Positions 26,718-38,594 of a DNA stretch of 64,000 nucleotides are shown piece by piece. Source of the DNA: Malacoraja senta. Lineage: Eukaryota. Both the position numbers and the translations under genes were made by a program. The stretch's first letter is position 1. Every line of letters starts with the position of its first letter. Location: NCBI GenBank assembly GCA_038087875.1, contig CM075990.1:15006001-15070000 (forward strand). Direction: 5' to 3'. The notes under the pieces are model-generated. The model was not told the DNA's origin. It did not search any database and saw only the letters and a list, made by a program, of their open reading frames with translations.

Positions 26718-28487
26718 CAATCCTTCTCCTATTTTTATGTTCGCATACAGTAGATCCGCGTGTTGGCTGACATTCCTGTGTACCCCTTCATCACCCGACT
26801 TGATCCCCATTTCATTATGTTTTTTTACTATTAGGAACCTCTGTTCCCTCCAGATCTGCTGGAAGCTCATCATTAAAGCTTTTTTTGGATTGGGTAAAAA
26901 TCAGTTCATTATCCATTGTCCACAAACTAGTTCACTGTTAAATGTGATATTAAGGAATAGATTTTTATTGTAATGCTGACTCTGTAGTGTATGCGGTATA
27001 ATGCTAAGCAAATGTTCCTAATAAATCTCTTTAACTGGCTTTAATTGCAAGCTAAGATGCATTCATCTTGCCGAACAAGGGAGTAATCGCCATTATCTGA
27101 GCATTTATCAAATCACAATAAACTTATAAATGCATCTTCACTTACACTGAGATTAACCGTAACTGAAGAATTAATCGCTTCTTTTTTCATTTGTTCTATC
27201 TTCATAATTTAGGGTTGAAAGAAACAAATCTCTATAATATTCTATCCATTCTTGGCAGCTGGTTTTCTCTCTTCCCTCTTCGCCACTGTCATTCCATCAA
27301 ATAAAATGTTGTTCTACACTGACCTTCCCACTCCCACCCTCCCTGTTATTGGCAGCTGACCATAGTAGGATAAGCTAATGCAGTAAATACATTGTCCGTA
27401 CTTTTATAATTTTGTTTTGAAATCTTTTATTTTTGTCTTTTTAAATGTTCAAGTTTTAATTTCTAGATGGACCGTTGCTTTATCTTCATTCACTCATTCA
27501 TTGGGGCTTTGATTAGTATCATCAAACAATTTAGTTTCAAACAAGTTAGGAACAATCTCCAGCTGATGTTGAAAGGCACCGATCCTTGGGTTGAAGTCCA
27601 TAGTAGTTATTTGTCCTGTCATCTTATGTGGTACAATATACAGAGCCATAAAACCACCAAAATGATTATTGCGATCTTGAATCATGCAAGAGGATTTCAA
27701 TGAGCTTTCTCAGATGTGTCAACATTGCTACGTCTTCAGACTGATTCAACTTGTCAAAGTGGATCCTATAGTAGCAATGTTGAGTTTTATTTCTTGACAG
27801 CCTCTACCGAAGTGTTCTGCATCATTGTAAAGTGATGAAAACAAAAATCTGTGGCATTCTAACTCCTTTGCAAGGTCTGTATACGTTGTAGGGAGGAGAT
27901 CAGAGCATAGTCCCTCATGCAGTATGAATAGCATGAGCATGATGAGTCGACAGCTTGGACGGACACCCACATCACTTTGGGCATATGGCATCCACCCAGA
28001 TGAAATTGGTGAATAAATCAGTGTTGAGAAGCAGAAATTACCATTGCAGTCCATGGAAAATGCTTCTCTTGATGTTATCAGACTTGTATCTGTCCTTTAC
28101 AACCAGAAAAGTTTTTTTTATTTTATAGTTTAGTTTACTTTAGGAATACTGCGTGGAAACAGGCCCTTCGACCCACCGAGTCCATGCTGACCAGCAATCA
28201 CCTGTACACTTATCCTACACATTAGGAATAATTTACAGAAGCCAATTAACCTACAAATCTGCATGTCTTTGGAATGTGGGAGTTCTCAGTGAAAACCCAC
28301 ACAGTCACAGGAAGGCAGCAAATCTACTGTTGTGCCACTGTGCCATCCTAGTTAGTTATTTTATTAGTTTGCAAGGGGAAATGTTTATTTATGCCTTTTT
28401 TTTACAGTTCTGTTAAAGCTTTTCCCATCAAGTTTTATGTTTCTCATGACATTCTTGTATTCAACTTTCACTTTCCCCATCAGTGAT

Positions 28488-28930
28488 CTCTGGGCAGTGG
28501 GCAGGTGCTATAGACCTGCACGGGAAGGTAGACGCTCCCGCACCCACGAGTATCGGGCAGATGGGGCTCGTCAGCCCTGGGAAAGGCAGTCCATCTAGGA
28601 GAGGGAAAAACTCTGATTTAAAACCTCCACTGCCTTGTGACCATATCCAGTCATGGAAAAGGCTCCAGGAGTAAAACCTCAAGAAAATCCGGAGTCGGAG
28701 CCCCTAAGGCAGTTCGTCGTTGTCTACAACCTCGCTCTGGCAGCTCGTGCGACGGCACTGGTGCCAAACAGTAACGGCCCTGCTGTTCCTTTGGATCGAT
28801 CAGTGACGTGGAGAGGGGGGACGTGCTGCATGGGCAACAGCCTGTCCTCCGTATGGACATCGCCCAGGCTTGCATCTGACCAGGATGCATCACCCATGGT
28901 CAGTCATGACCAAGGGGGGGCCTAGTACTA
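28488..28930 (+). mobile_element. Non-autonomous RTE-derived retroposon
   Basis: 10-bp TSD CATCAGTGAT (28478-28487 and 28931-28940). RTE 5'-UTR-like CAGCCCTGGGAAAGGCAGTCCATCTAGGAGAGGGAAAAACTC and a TAC-repeat tail. Confidence 0.7.
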
Positions 28931-29016
28931 CATCAGTGATTTAGTTCTCCTTTGCAAAGTTCTGAAATCATCAGATTTGCTGTGTTTTTTTTCAAGCATG
29001 GTATACATTTCCCTTT

Positions 29017-29207
29017 CTTCTTCTTCGTGGTCCATCTTGTTACAAATGTTGGCCTCGCTGTCATCGTCCGTCCTGAAATGGACGCAAGCTTCCGGCGACA
29101 ATCATTGGAAGCCATCACTTGTCGAAAATTGATGATGGTGGTAGCAGAATTAGCTCGGGATACTTCCAGTTTCCAGCCCCGCAACGTGGACGCTTCTGCT
29201 TGGGGCC
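29017..29207 (-). mobile_element. Short retroposon family C, full length (CPEB3-like ribozyme head, GAA tail)
   Basis: 12-bp TSD ACATTTC(C/T)CTTT at 29005-29016 and 29208-29219, (GAA)n tail, second copy at 18506. Confidence 0.9.
29143..29207 (-). ncRNA. HDV-like (CPEB3-like) self-cleaving ribozyme
   Basis: GGCCCC-A-AGCAGAA-GCG-TCCACGT-TGC-GGGGCT-GG-[P4]-CTAA-TTCTGCT. P1, P2, P3 and the 2-bp P1.1 all pair. Candidate catalytic C at 29153. Confidence 0.85.
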
Positions 29208-30296
29208 ACATTTCTCTTTAATTTACTGTCTCCTGATAGCCACAACTGATCCCTTCTTCTTGTTGAGCTTTTGTGCCATAAAGGGACCTTTATTATTTGT
29301 AACTATAGATTCATTCTTTAAATGTTGGTTGTTGGTTTTAACGATGTTGGCCGCTTCACCAGTGCGCTCTCAGATTACCCTGGTTTTTAGATTCTACTAA
29401 ATCAAATTAAGGTATGAAATTCTATCATTTTATGATCACTGTTCACTAAAGGTTCCTTAACTGCCAGATCATCAATTAACATTTTCTCCATCAATAAACT
29501 AAAATGGCCTAAAAGGGCACAAAGTGCTGGAATAACTCAGCAGGTCAGGCAGCACTCTGGAGAATATGGAAAGGTGATATTTTCAGGTTGAGAGTCCCTA
29601 CTTCAGATGGATTGTGGGGGGTGGGGGGTGGGGGGGGGGGGGGGAGAAAGCTGGAAAGGGAGGTAGCAGGACAAAGTATGACAGGTAAATGATAGAGAGG
29701 CAAGGTTTTTTTTGATAGGCAGATGGTGGGAACAAAGGTGTAGGAAGGAACTACAGATGCTAGTTTAAACCGTAGACACAAACATCTAAAGAAGGGTTTC
29801 GGCCCGAAACGTTACCTATTTCCTTCGCTCCATAGATGCTGCTGCACCCGCTGAGTTTCTCCAGCATTTTTGTGTACCTTCTAAAGTAACTCAACTGGTC
29901 AGACAGAATGTCAAGTTCCAGGAGTACATAATGCCCAGCTGTGCTCACTATGCAAACCATTATACCCATTTATTTTGATTTGTGCCATTTATTCACTTAT
30001 CTCATTAAAATTGTTGTATGCATTCAGTTTTACCCTGTTAACTATTTTGCTCCGATTTTCAGTTGAGGTCTACACCTACACTGTGCATTCCACAGTGACT
30101 TCTCATGCCCAAAGGTGTTTTTACCTTCAGTATCCAAACACATTGCCAAAAAGTCTGAAGAAGGGTCTTGACCTGAAACGTCACCCATTCCTTCTATCCG
30201 GAGATGCTGCCTGTCCCCCGCTGAGTTACGTCATCAGTTTGTGTCTATCCTCGCCTTGAAATTCCCAATCACTTTTTAATTCCTTCACCTTTTTGG

Positions 30297-30608
30297 TTTA
30301 ATTTAGAGATACAGCACGGAAACAGGACCTTCGGCCCACCGAATCCGCACCGACCAGCGATCTGCACACATTCACACTATCCTACACACACTAGGGATAA
30401 TTTTACGCATACACCAAGCCAATTAACCTACATACCTGTATGTCTTAAAGTGTGGGAGGAAACCGAAGATCTCGGAGAAAACCCACACGGTCACGGGGAG
30501 AACGTACAAACTCCGTACAAACAGCACCCATAGTCGGGATCGACCCCGGGTCTCCGGCACTGCAAGCGCTGTAAGTCATCAACTCTACCGCTGTTCCACA
30601 ATGACCAC
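30297..30608 (-). mobile_element. HE1-like V-SINE
   Basis: Full tail, core and B-box. Confidence 0.85.
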
Positions 30609-31799
30609 CTCTTTTTATCTTCTCTTAGATTCTCCTTAACATTTAGCTCTTTATCCAATTATCAGAGAATATTCGTTTTTACTAAATGTACCCTGGGGGA
30701 ATTTTCCTCCAGTAAGTGCCATATTTAAAAGCAATCTGTGGTTGCACGTGGCACTAATCAGGAATGTATAGCAGTCCAGCTGCAATGACACTTGATCCGT
30801 TCACAACAAAATAAGTTGAACTACAACCAATGTATCTGCCACTTTGAACAACCACTCCCTCAATCACCAGCACTGTGACTTACAAATATTCTATTATTTG
30901 AAGGCAAAAACTGGCAAAATCTTTGTGGCATCTCTTCCATCCACATGTTGTACTTTCGAGGACATTGATGGCAGATGCAAGGGGTTGCTGCCACTGTCAG
31001 TCTCTCTTCCAGCTCTGATGAAGTCCTGATCTGGACATAGATCTATTGTTACAATGTCAAAAATCCTGGACCACCCGACCTTTACCAATTGTACGACAGT
31101 GGTTCACCAAGACTGCAGAGGGCCACAGTTCCAATGTCCTGTGTTCAACTCTGACCTCCATTGCTGTCTACGTGGTGTTTTGCAACTTCTCATGGAGTCA
31201 TACAGCTTGGGAGCAGACCGTTTGGCCCAACTTGTCCATGTTGAACAAGATACCCCCCATCTACGCCACTCTCACCTGCCTGCGTTTGGCCATTATCCCT
31301 CTAAACCTTTCCTATCTATGTACTTATCCATGTAAATGTGGCTATAGTACCCTATGAAGATGTGTGTTTGCTCAGCATTCACTGTTCTCCACCTATATTC
31401 CAAAGACCTGTGGGTTACCAGGTTTATTGGACAATGAATTTACACCTAATGTGAGTATTAGAATTTGGGGGCAGTAATGCAAATGTGAAGACATTGAAAT
31501 AGGATTAATGTAGGATTGATATTGATAGGTGCTTGATGGTCAGCCTGGACATAATGGGTTGAATGGCCTGCCTCTCTACTGTATTACCAGGAATAAAAAT
31601 CTGCCCAGAAAAATGGGTAGCAGATGCAGTCCTTCCTTGTAATGCCTAAATCCTAAAAATGAATATATGTAGACAAGCAAACATTGTATTGGTTGCAGTT
31701 TCTATTGATATTAAATTTTTGATTTTTATTAGTGTCAATGATCTTCATGTAAAACAAATTAATCTTTTTACATTTATTGTTGTTCGTCATTCCCTGTCA

Positions 31800-32020
31800 G
31801 TGTGGTGAATCTATAGGGGTTCTTTGCCACTGAAGGCTGTGGAGGCCAAGTCCAATGGATATTACTAAGGCAGAAATAGATAAATTCTTGTTTCGTACGG
31901 GTGTCAGGGGTTATGGGGAGAAAGCAGGAGAATGGGGTTAGGAGGGAGAGATAGATCAGCCATGATTGAAGGGCAGAGTAGACTTGATGGACTGAATGGC
32001 CTAATTCTGCTCCTATCACA
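31800..32020 (+). mobile_element. CR1-clade LINE 3' fragment
   Basis: GTGGTGAATCT...GATCAGCCATGATTGAA...GGCCTAATTCTGCTCCTAT. Confidence 0.75.
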
Positions 32021-32461
32021 TATCATACATGAGTTATATCATTTACATGAGTTATCTGTCAGAATATTAGTCCTCTTTTTATTCACATTGCATTCATTTG
32101 CATCCACGCTCTTGGTATCTTTTATAAAATTATTTAACTAAAAAATTATTTAACTAAAAAAAACTATATATGAGTTAGATATAGCTCTTGGGGCTAATGG
32201 AATCAAGGGATATAGGGAAAAAGCAGGAACGAGGCACTGATTACGATGATCAGTCATGATCATATTGAATGGCGGTGCTGGCTCGAAGGGCTGAATGGCC
32301 TACTCCTACACCTATTTCTATGTTTCTATGTTTCTTGTTTAAATAAAATGAAAACCTTGGGTGTCCAGTGTCTGACAGTAATATTCGTCGACCTGTGAAA
32401 ATAGCAGTTTTGTCCACTGGTGTGGTTTTCTTTGTCGTTGAAGGAGAAGGATCACTTTGTT

Positions 32462-32686
32462 CACAAAAATGCTGGAGAAACTCAGCGGGTGCAGCAGCAT
32501 CTATGGAGCGAAGGAAATAGGCAACGTTTTGGGCCGAAACCCTTCTTCTTCTGAAGAAGGTCTGAAGAAGGGTTTCGGGCCCGAAACGTTGCCTATTTCC
32601 TTCGCTCCATAGATGCTGCTGCACCTGCTGAGTTTCTCCAGCATTTTTGTGTACCTTCGATTTTCCAGCATCTGCAGTTCCTTCTC
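32462..32686. mobile_element. Palindromic Penelope-derived mini-element with opposed hammerhead cores
   Basis: About 90-bp inverted arms. AGGT-CTGAAGA-AGGGTTTCGGGCCC-GAAAC-GTT-GCCT at 32558-32594. Confidence 0.85.
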
Positions 32687-33475
32687 TAACTCTTTATCAC
32701 TTTGACAACTGACAATTTTGTCAACATTGAGTTATTGCTTGTTTCAGGGTATTTGAGATTTGCTCCGCACAATGGTGAACAAAATAAGTCCTTCTCTGAG
32801 TACAATTTGAAAATATTTATACCGGAGAAGTAAGAGATTCCATCACAGACAGAGCTGAAAGAAAACCACCTTTTCCTCATTTACAAGAAAACTCCTTTCT
32901 ATCAATTACTTCCTTTTGTCAAAGTAGGGCAGCATAGTGCAATCGATGTCAGATATGAGGTACATCGGTCATTAAATGGGGAAACGAGCAAATAACTAAT
33001 AGGATCCAACTGCTTATGGTATTCTCTGCAGGCTACCAGGAAAGTTGGAACTCACTTTACTTGTAGCTTGGCCAACATATGGAGTAAATTGTATGTTTTC
33101 CTAAAGCATTAATGTCTTGATTTGACAGCTCAAAATGACGGGGCTCTTGGGCTTGCGATTCTTCAGGCAATCCTGAAAACTTAGATTTCTTGTCTTCTGC
33201 CAGCAATTTCTGAAGCATATAATCTATTTTGTGCACGGGACCTCAAGGAATGCAAGGTAAGAAAGAAAATATTACCTAATATGGCAATGATCCCACATCT
33301 TTATAAAAAAGCTTTCACCTGATCGAATTGAAGTTCTATTGAAGATTTTTTTAATCAAAATACACACCAGTTGAGCAGATTTTTATTCTGTTGACAACAG
33401 AGGCATTGCCATTTTCAGGTTACGTTACATGGTATGTGAAACGTGTGGAAGGGAGCAAACATCCCAGTTTTAATT

Positions 33476-33763
33476 TTTAGAGATACAGTGTGGAATCACT
33501 TTGGCCCACCAAGTCCACGCTGATCAGCATTCACCTGCGCACTAGTTGTATCCTAAACACTCGGGACAATTTACAGAGGCCAATTAACCTACAAACCTGC
33601 ACATATTTGGAAAGTGGGAGGAACCCAGAGGAATCCCACGCGGTTAAGTAGAATGTACAGAACTCATACAGAACTCCGTACAGACAATACCCATAGTCAG
33701 GATTGAACCCAGGTCTCTGGCGCTGTAAGGCAGCAACTCTACCGCTGCACCACTGTGCTGCCG
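33476..33763 (-). mobile_element. HE1-like V-SINE
   Basis: Reverse match to the SINE, including head GCGGCAGCACAGTGGTGCAGCGG. Confidence 0.85.
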
Positions 33764-34750
33764 CTAAGAGCACTGGGATTGCATGAATCTATACCACTTC
33801 TCTACTACTTGGATTGGATCTTATGCCAGAGAGGTGGGGTGAAGTGTTCGCTGCCAATAAAGCAATAAATATAAAATCAGTTTTACCATTCTCTGTGCAG
33901 TTTCTAGTGGGCACAGGACTACTGCACCAGACTCCTTCATCTGGCTACTTTGTTCAGTTGAGTGGCTTTATGAATAGCACAATGATGTAGCGGGAAATTC
34001 TTTTAATGGCTGAACTTTAAATGATCCAGTGAGATTTTTGGCTGTGATTCATTGTGCTTGGTATCTGAGCTAGATGAAATTCTTCCCTGAGAGAGGTGAT
34101 TCAGACAATTGAATCCATGCTAGCAACAAAACACAAAGTGCTGGAAAAACTCAGTGGGTCAGGCAGCATCTGAGGAGGGAATGCACAGCATTCATATTAT
34201 GTATGCTCAATAATAGGTTCTTCAAAGCAACCATCAGACTCTAGAACACTACAAAACATGAACTGCACTGTGGACTGTCTTTAGTTGCACTTATGGCTTT
34301 CGTCCTTTTTGCACTAGTATTTGCGTTATTAATTGGTTTAGTTTGATATATGTTAACTTCGTATTGTGTTTATGGGCCCGTTATCATCCTGTAAGTACGA
34401 ATTCATTGTTCTGTTGTCAGTACATGTGACAATTATACACTCTTGACCCCATTATGTAGCAATGTTACAACATTTTGAGATTTTAAAATCAAGTCTGCAA
34501 TTTATCCCATCAGATAAAGCATAAAAAGAAGTTTAATTTGACACCTAATTCACTTTCATATCTTCAGTATTAAAAACGTTATGGCCATTTTCATACTCGG
34601 AAATTAGCATCTTGTTCCCTATTGCTTTTCCATTGACTTAACACAAAAGCTGTGATCGAGGACAGTCAAAAGCCCATAACTTTCTTAAACATTAAGAGAA
34701 CTGAAAGAAATTTTCAGTTATTATAGATTGAAGCATTCTGAAACAAATAT

Positions 34751-35811
34751 CAAGTCAAGAATCAAGTTTCCTTTATTGTCATTCAGACCTTTCGGTCTGA
34801 ACGAAATGGTGATGCCTGCAGTCATACACAGAACCAATAATAACAAAACATACAATAAACACAAATTAAACATCCACCACAGTGAGTTCACCAAGCACAT
34901 CCTCACTGTGATGGAGGCAAAGTCTTAGTCTCCGTCTCTTCCCTCCTTGTTCTCCCTCTGCGCTGAAGCGATCGATCCAGGCCGAAGATGCCGCCCTCCA
35001 GTCCAGCGGACCTCCATGGAGATGTCGCCGCCGCCGAAAGCCGGAACGCCGTCTCCGCTCCGAGACGGCCCGCCACAGCATCAGCCCCAGGTCCCGCAGT
35101 CTCCGCTCCGGACCCCACTGCCCCAGCTCCAGACCCCGCAGTCCCCGCTCCGGACCCCGCTGCCCCAGCTCCAGGTCCCGCAGTCCCCGCTCCGGACCCC
35201 GCTGCCCCAGCTCCAGACCCCGTAGTCTCCGCTCCGGACCCCGCTGCCCCAGCTCCAGGTCCCGTAGTCTCCGCTCCGGACCCCGCTGCCCCAGCTCCAG
35301 ACCCCGTAGTCTCCGCTCCGGACCCCGCTGCCCCAGCTCCAGGTCCCGCAGTCCCCGCTCCGGACCCCGCTGCCCCAGCTCCAGGTCCCGCAGTCTCCGC
35401 TCCTGACCCCGCTGCATCAGCTCCAGGTCCCGCAGTCTCCGCTCCGGACCCCGCTGCATCAGCTCCAGGCTGCCGCCGAAAGCCAGAACGCCGCACCAGC
35501 AAGTCGGGCCACCGCTGCCTCAGCCCCGAAGACGGCCAGCCTCCCGTTGGTAAGTCCTGGCTGGCTCTGCCTCCGTAGCCTTGGAGTCGGTCGCAGGATG
35601 GAGTCGGCCAGCCCCGCCATAAGGCCTCACCGCAGACGGAGGCAAGGAAGGGGGGTACGACACGAAAAAGTCGCATTCCCCGAAGGAGGAGACAGAGAAC
35701 ATGTTTCTCCCCCCCTAACACAACCCAACAAACTAAAACTTAACAAAACAAGACAAAAAAAATAACAGAAAAAAGTAAAAACAGACGGACTGCAGGCGAG
35801 CCGCAGCCGAT
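34751..35811 (-). mobile_element. Nested non-autonomous non-LTR element with a GC-rich minisatellite
   Basis: CAAG-repeat tail plus TTTATTGTCAT like the Rex1-type copies. AATAT is duplicated at the flanks, and the host transposon resumes after it. Confidence 0.65.
35082..35469. repeat. 42-bp minisatellite, about 9 units (two diverged 21-bp halves)
   Basis: Unit AGCTCCAGGTCCCGCAGTCTCCGCTCCGGACCCCGCTGCCCC. ORFs across it show a 14-aa period. Confidence 0.95.
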
Positions 35812-36664
35812 TAATATATGAAACAATCTTACTTGGATGAACTGAAATTAAAGCTTATAATTAGTTAGTTCCCTAATTGTAGCTAATTACAAAATTCAAT
35901 TACTAGATCTAAACGTCTATCCATTTCTTAAGAAAAGGTTAACATTTTTAAATAGCCTAAGTGTCCAAATAACATTCACACAAGAATTCACAATATAATA
36001 TGATTTTTAAATCTCATTGTCATAAATTTATAGGCCAAATGGAAGTAATTTAGTGTTTAATTCCCGTAAATTAATGGCCATTTTAATCATCTTGCGAGTG
36101 GGTGTTTGTGGAACGCGATCGATTGGAACATTGCGGTTTGCAGTGAATTTAAACCCATATTGGCAGGAAAAACACTGCTGGTTCGTATGGGGCCCAAATC
36201 ACATTTTCGCAACGTGAAATTTTGATTAAAGTCATCCTAAGAAGCAAGTTTATGTGTAAAATTAACGACTTACCTTGTTTTGTCCCGTACTTGAGATCCG
36301 TTCCGTTGCCTGCGTTGACGGCGTTAGAAGTCGCTTTTTATTTTACTCCAGCACTGAAATTGTCCCGCGGTTTAAAAAAAAATATTCCGAGAACGGCAGT
36401 CGAAACGAATTTTCAGCATCAGGTAGAAGCCTGAGAAAATATATTTTGGACAGGCAGGAGAAAACGGCATTTTAATCCCGCCCCCCTCCTCAAAGGCGCC
36501 AAAGTCGCGCACATGGCCAGTGACAGAAGTGCAGCGCCGCTAAAGGTAAGTTTTGTAACATACCTACATTATGTTAAGACGTATGCATGCTGTTGCGATG
36601 TGATGCATACTTATTTTCCTCTACTCTTATCCCTGTGTTCTTTTTCCTTTCCTGACCATTTTAA

Positions 36665-37049
36665 TATAGAAACGTACAAAATTCTTATGGGGTTGGACAG
36701 GCTAGATGCAGGAAGATTGTTCCCGATGTTGGGGAAGTCCAGGACAAGGGGTCACAGCTTAAGGATAAGGGGGAAATCCTTTAAGACCGAGATGAGGAAA
36801 AACTTTTTCACACAGAGAGTGGTGAATCTCTGGAACTCTCTGCCACAGAGGGTAGTTGAGGCCAGTTCATTGGCTATATTTAAGAGGGAGTTAGATGTGG
36901 CCCTTGTGGCTAAAGGGATCAGGGGGTATGGAGAGAAGGCAGGTACGGGATACTGAGTTGGATGATCAGCCATGATCATATTGAATGGCGGTGCAGGCTC
37001 GAAGGGCCGAATGGCCTACTCCTGCACCTATTTTCTATGTATCTATGTA
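36665..37049 (+). mobile_element. CR1-clade LINE 3' fragment, same young family as 11789-12940
   Basis: Encodes IETYKILMGLDRLDAGRLFP...FFTQRVVNLWNSLP. Nearly identical to the reverse complement of about 11795-12180. Confidence 0.95.
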
Positions 37050-37240
37050 ATATGATTGGAAAACTCCGAAGAAGGATGCCGAGCAAAATGTCGCTAGTAC
37101 ATTCCCTCCACAGATGCTACCCTACCTGCTGAGTTCCTCCAACACCTTATTCAAGCACCTGCTCTAGTTGAACCTTTCCACTCTCTCATGGAAGAGACTG
37201 TAGTATTTTTCTTCTATATGTTTACTACCCCTTGGACAAA

Positions 37241-37561
37241 TTAGATTAGATTTAGATTAGATGAGATTAGAGATACAGCATGGATACCTTCGGCCCACCG
37301 GGTCCCCACCGACCAGCGATCCCCGCTTATTAACACTATCCTATACACACTAGGGACAATTTTTACTTTTACCAGGCCGATTAATCTACAAACATGTACA
37401 TCTTTGGAGTGTGGGAGGAAACTGAAGATATCGGCGAAAACCCACGCGGTCATGAGGAGAACGTACAAACTCCGTACAGACAGCACCTGTAGTCGGGATC
37501 GAACCCGGGTCTCCGGCGCTGCACCTGTTGTAAGACAGCAACTCTACCGCTGTGCCATGCT
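37241..37561 (-). mobile_element. HE1-like V-SINE with a (TTAGA)n tail
   Basis: B-box GGGATCGAACCC, core and tail. Confidence 0.85.
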
Positions 37562-38594
37562 GCTGCTGCTGTGTATGTGCAGTGCTGATAAATTACAGAA
37601 AACCTATAATTAAGAAAGATGACAAGACATTCCCGTGAACCATAAAATTTGAAGCTCAGCATTACTGTAGATCTGCAGAAGAGGAAAAAAACACAAATCT
37701 ATAATCATTCTCTTTCCACTTCTTCCCCAGTTTGTCTTTTCTTTTCACAGGTGCAGAATACTGCTTTCAACATTGTTATTTCAGATTTCCAGCACCTGCA
37801 ATATTTTTTGGCTTTCATGCGGTAATCAATAGTCAGCGTGGATTGCAGAAAGGAAAAATAGTTTTTGGTTGACAGCAATATATTCAGGGGCAGGACAGAA
37901 GGAATACAATGGGTATAAATTTCCAAAAGGGACATGTTTAAGTGTTATAAAACAAAATAATGTATGTGCGAGCCTGAAGATAGTTGCAGGAATGGTGCTG
38001 GCCTTGAGCGAGCAAGCAATGAGTATGGTCATAAGGAATAGGAGTAGAGTTAGGCCATTCGGCCCATCACGTCTACTCCGCCATTCAATCATGGCTGATC
38101 TATCTCTCCCTCCTAACGCCATTCTCCTGCCTTCTCCCCATAACCTCTGACACCTGTACATTTATGGGTGAAATGTACTTATTCAACTAGCATTGCGTTG
38201 GAAGTGTTGCCGCACAGACGTCACTATTTGACCCACTGTTGTTTACAAATGGCATTAATGATTACAATTTAGAAAGCATTAACAGAAATTCTAAACTCAC
38301 AACAGGCTCAAAAGTTTGAGGTGGGCATGGCAAATAATCAATGGAAACGCAGGGAAATGTGAATGCTGAAATCTTGCGTACACAAAATGCTGGAGTAAAT
38401 GGATGGGAGACATTTTGGGTCGGGACCATTCTTCAGACTGATTATAGTAAGGGGAAGAGAGCAAGAAAGGAGGTGGAGGCGGAATAGGTCCTCTAACAAG
38501 AAGACACGAGTACACTTGCAAAATTATTTTACAAGTGCAACATTTTGGGAATTAAAATTCAGACTTTATACAATACGATACGATAAAATACGAT

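Larger units (their letters stand above)
34457..36566. mobile_element. Non-autonomous DNA transposon with TAG...CTA termini, carrying a nested retroelement
   Basis: Imperfect TIR TAG(CA/GT)ATGTTACAA. 7-bp TSD CATTATG at 34450-34456 and 36567-36573. No transposase ORF. Confidence 0.75.

Noticed and set aside
26261..26973. ORFs of 141-170 aa
   Set aside because: They read through the N gap.
33204..33262. Possible 53-bp exon with a strong AAG|GTAAG donor
   Set aside because: The translations are unrecognisable and no partner exons were found. Needs RNA-seq.
35082..35469. CRISPR-like array
   Set aside because: The units are contiguous tandem repeats with no unique spacers, the context is eukaryotic, and there are no cas genes.
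34866..35721. Long repetitive ORFs (197-272 aa) on both strands
   Set aside because: They arise from the 42-bp GC-rich minisatellite inside a mobile element. Several frames are open at once and there is no gene context.
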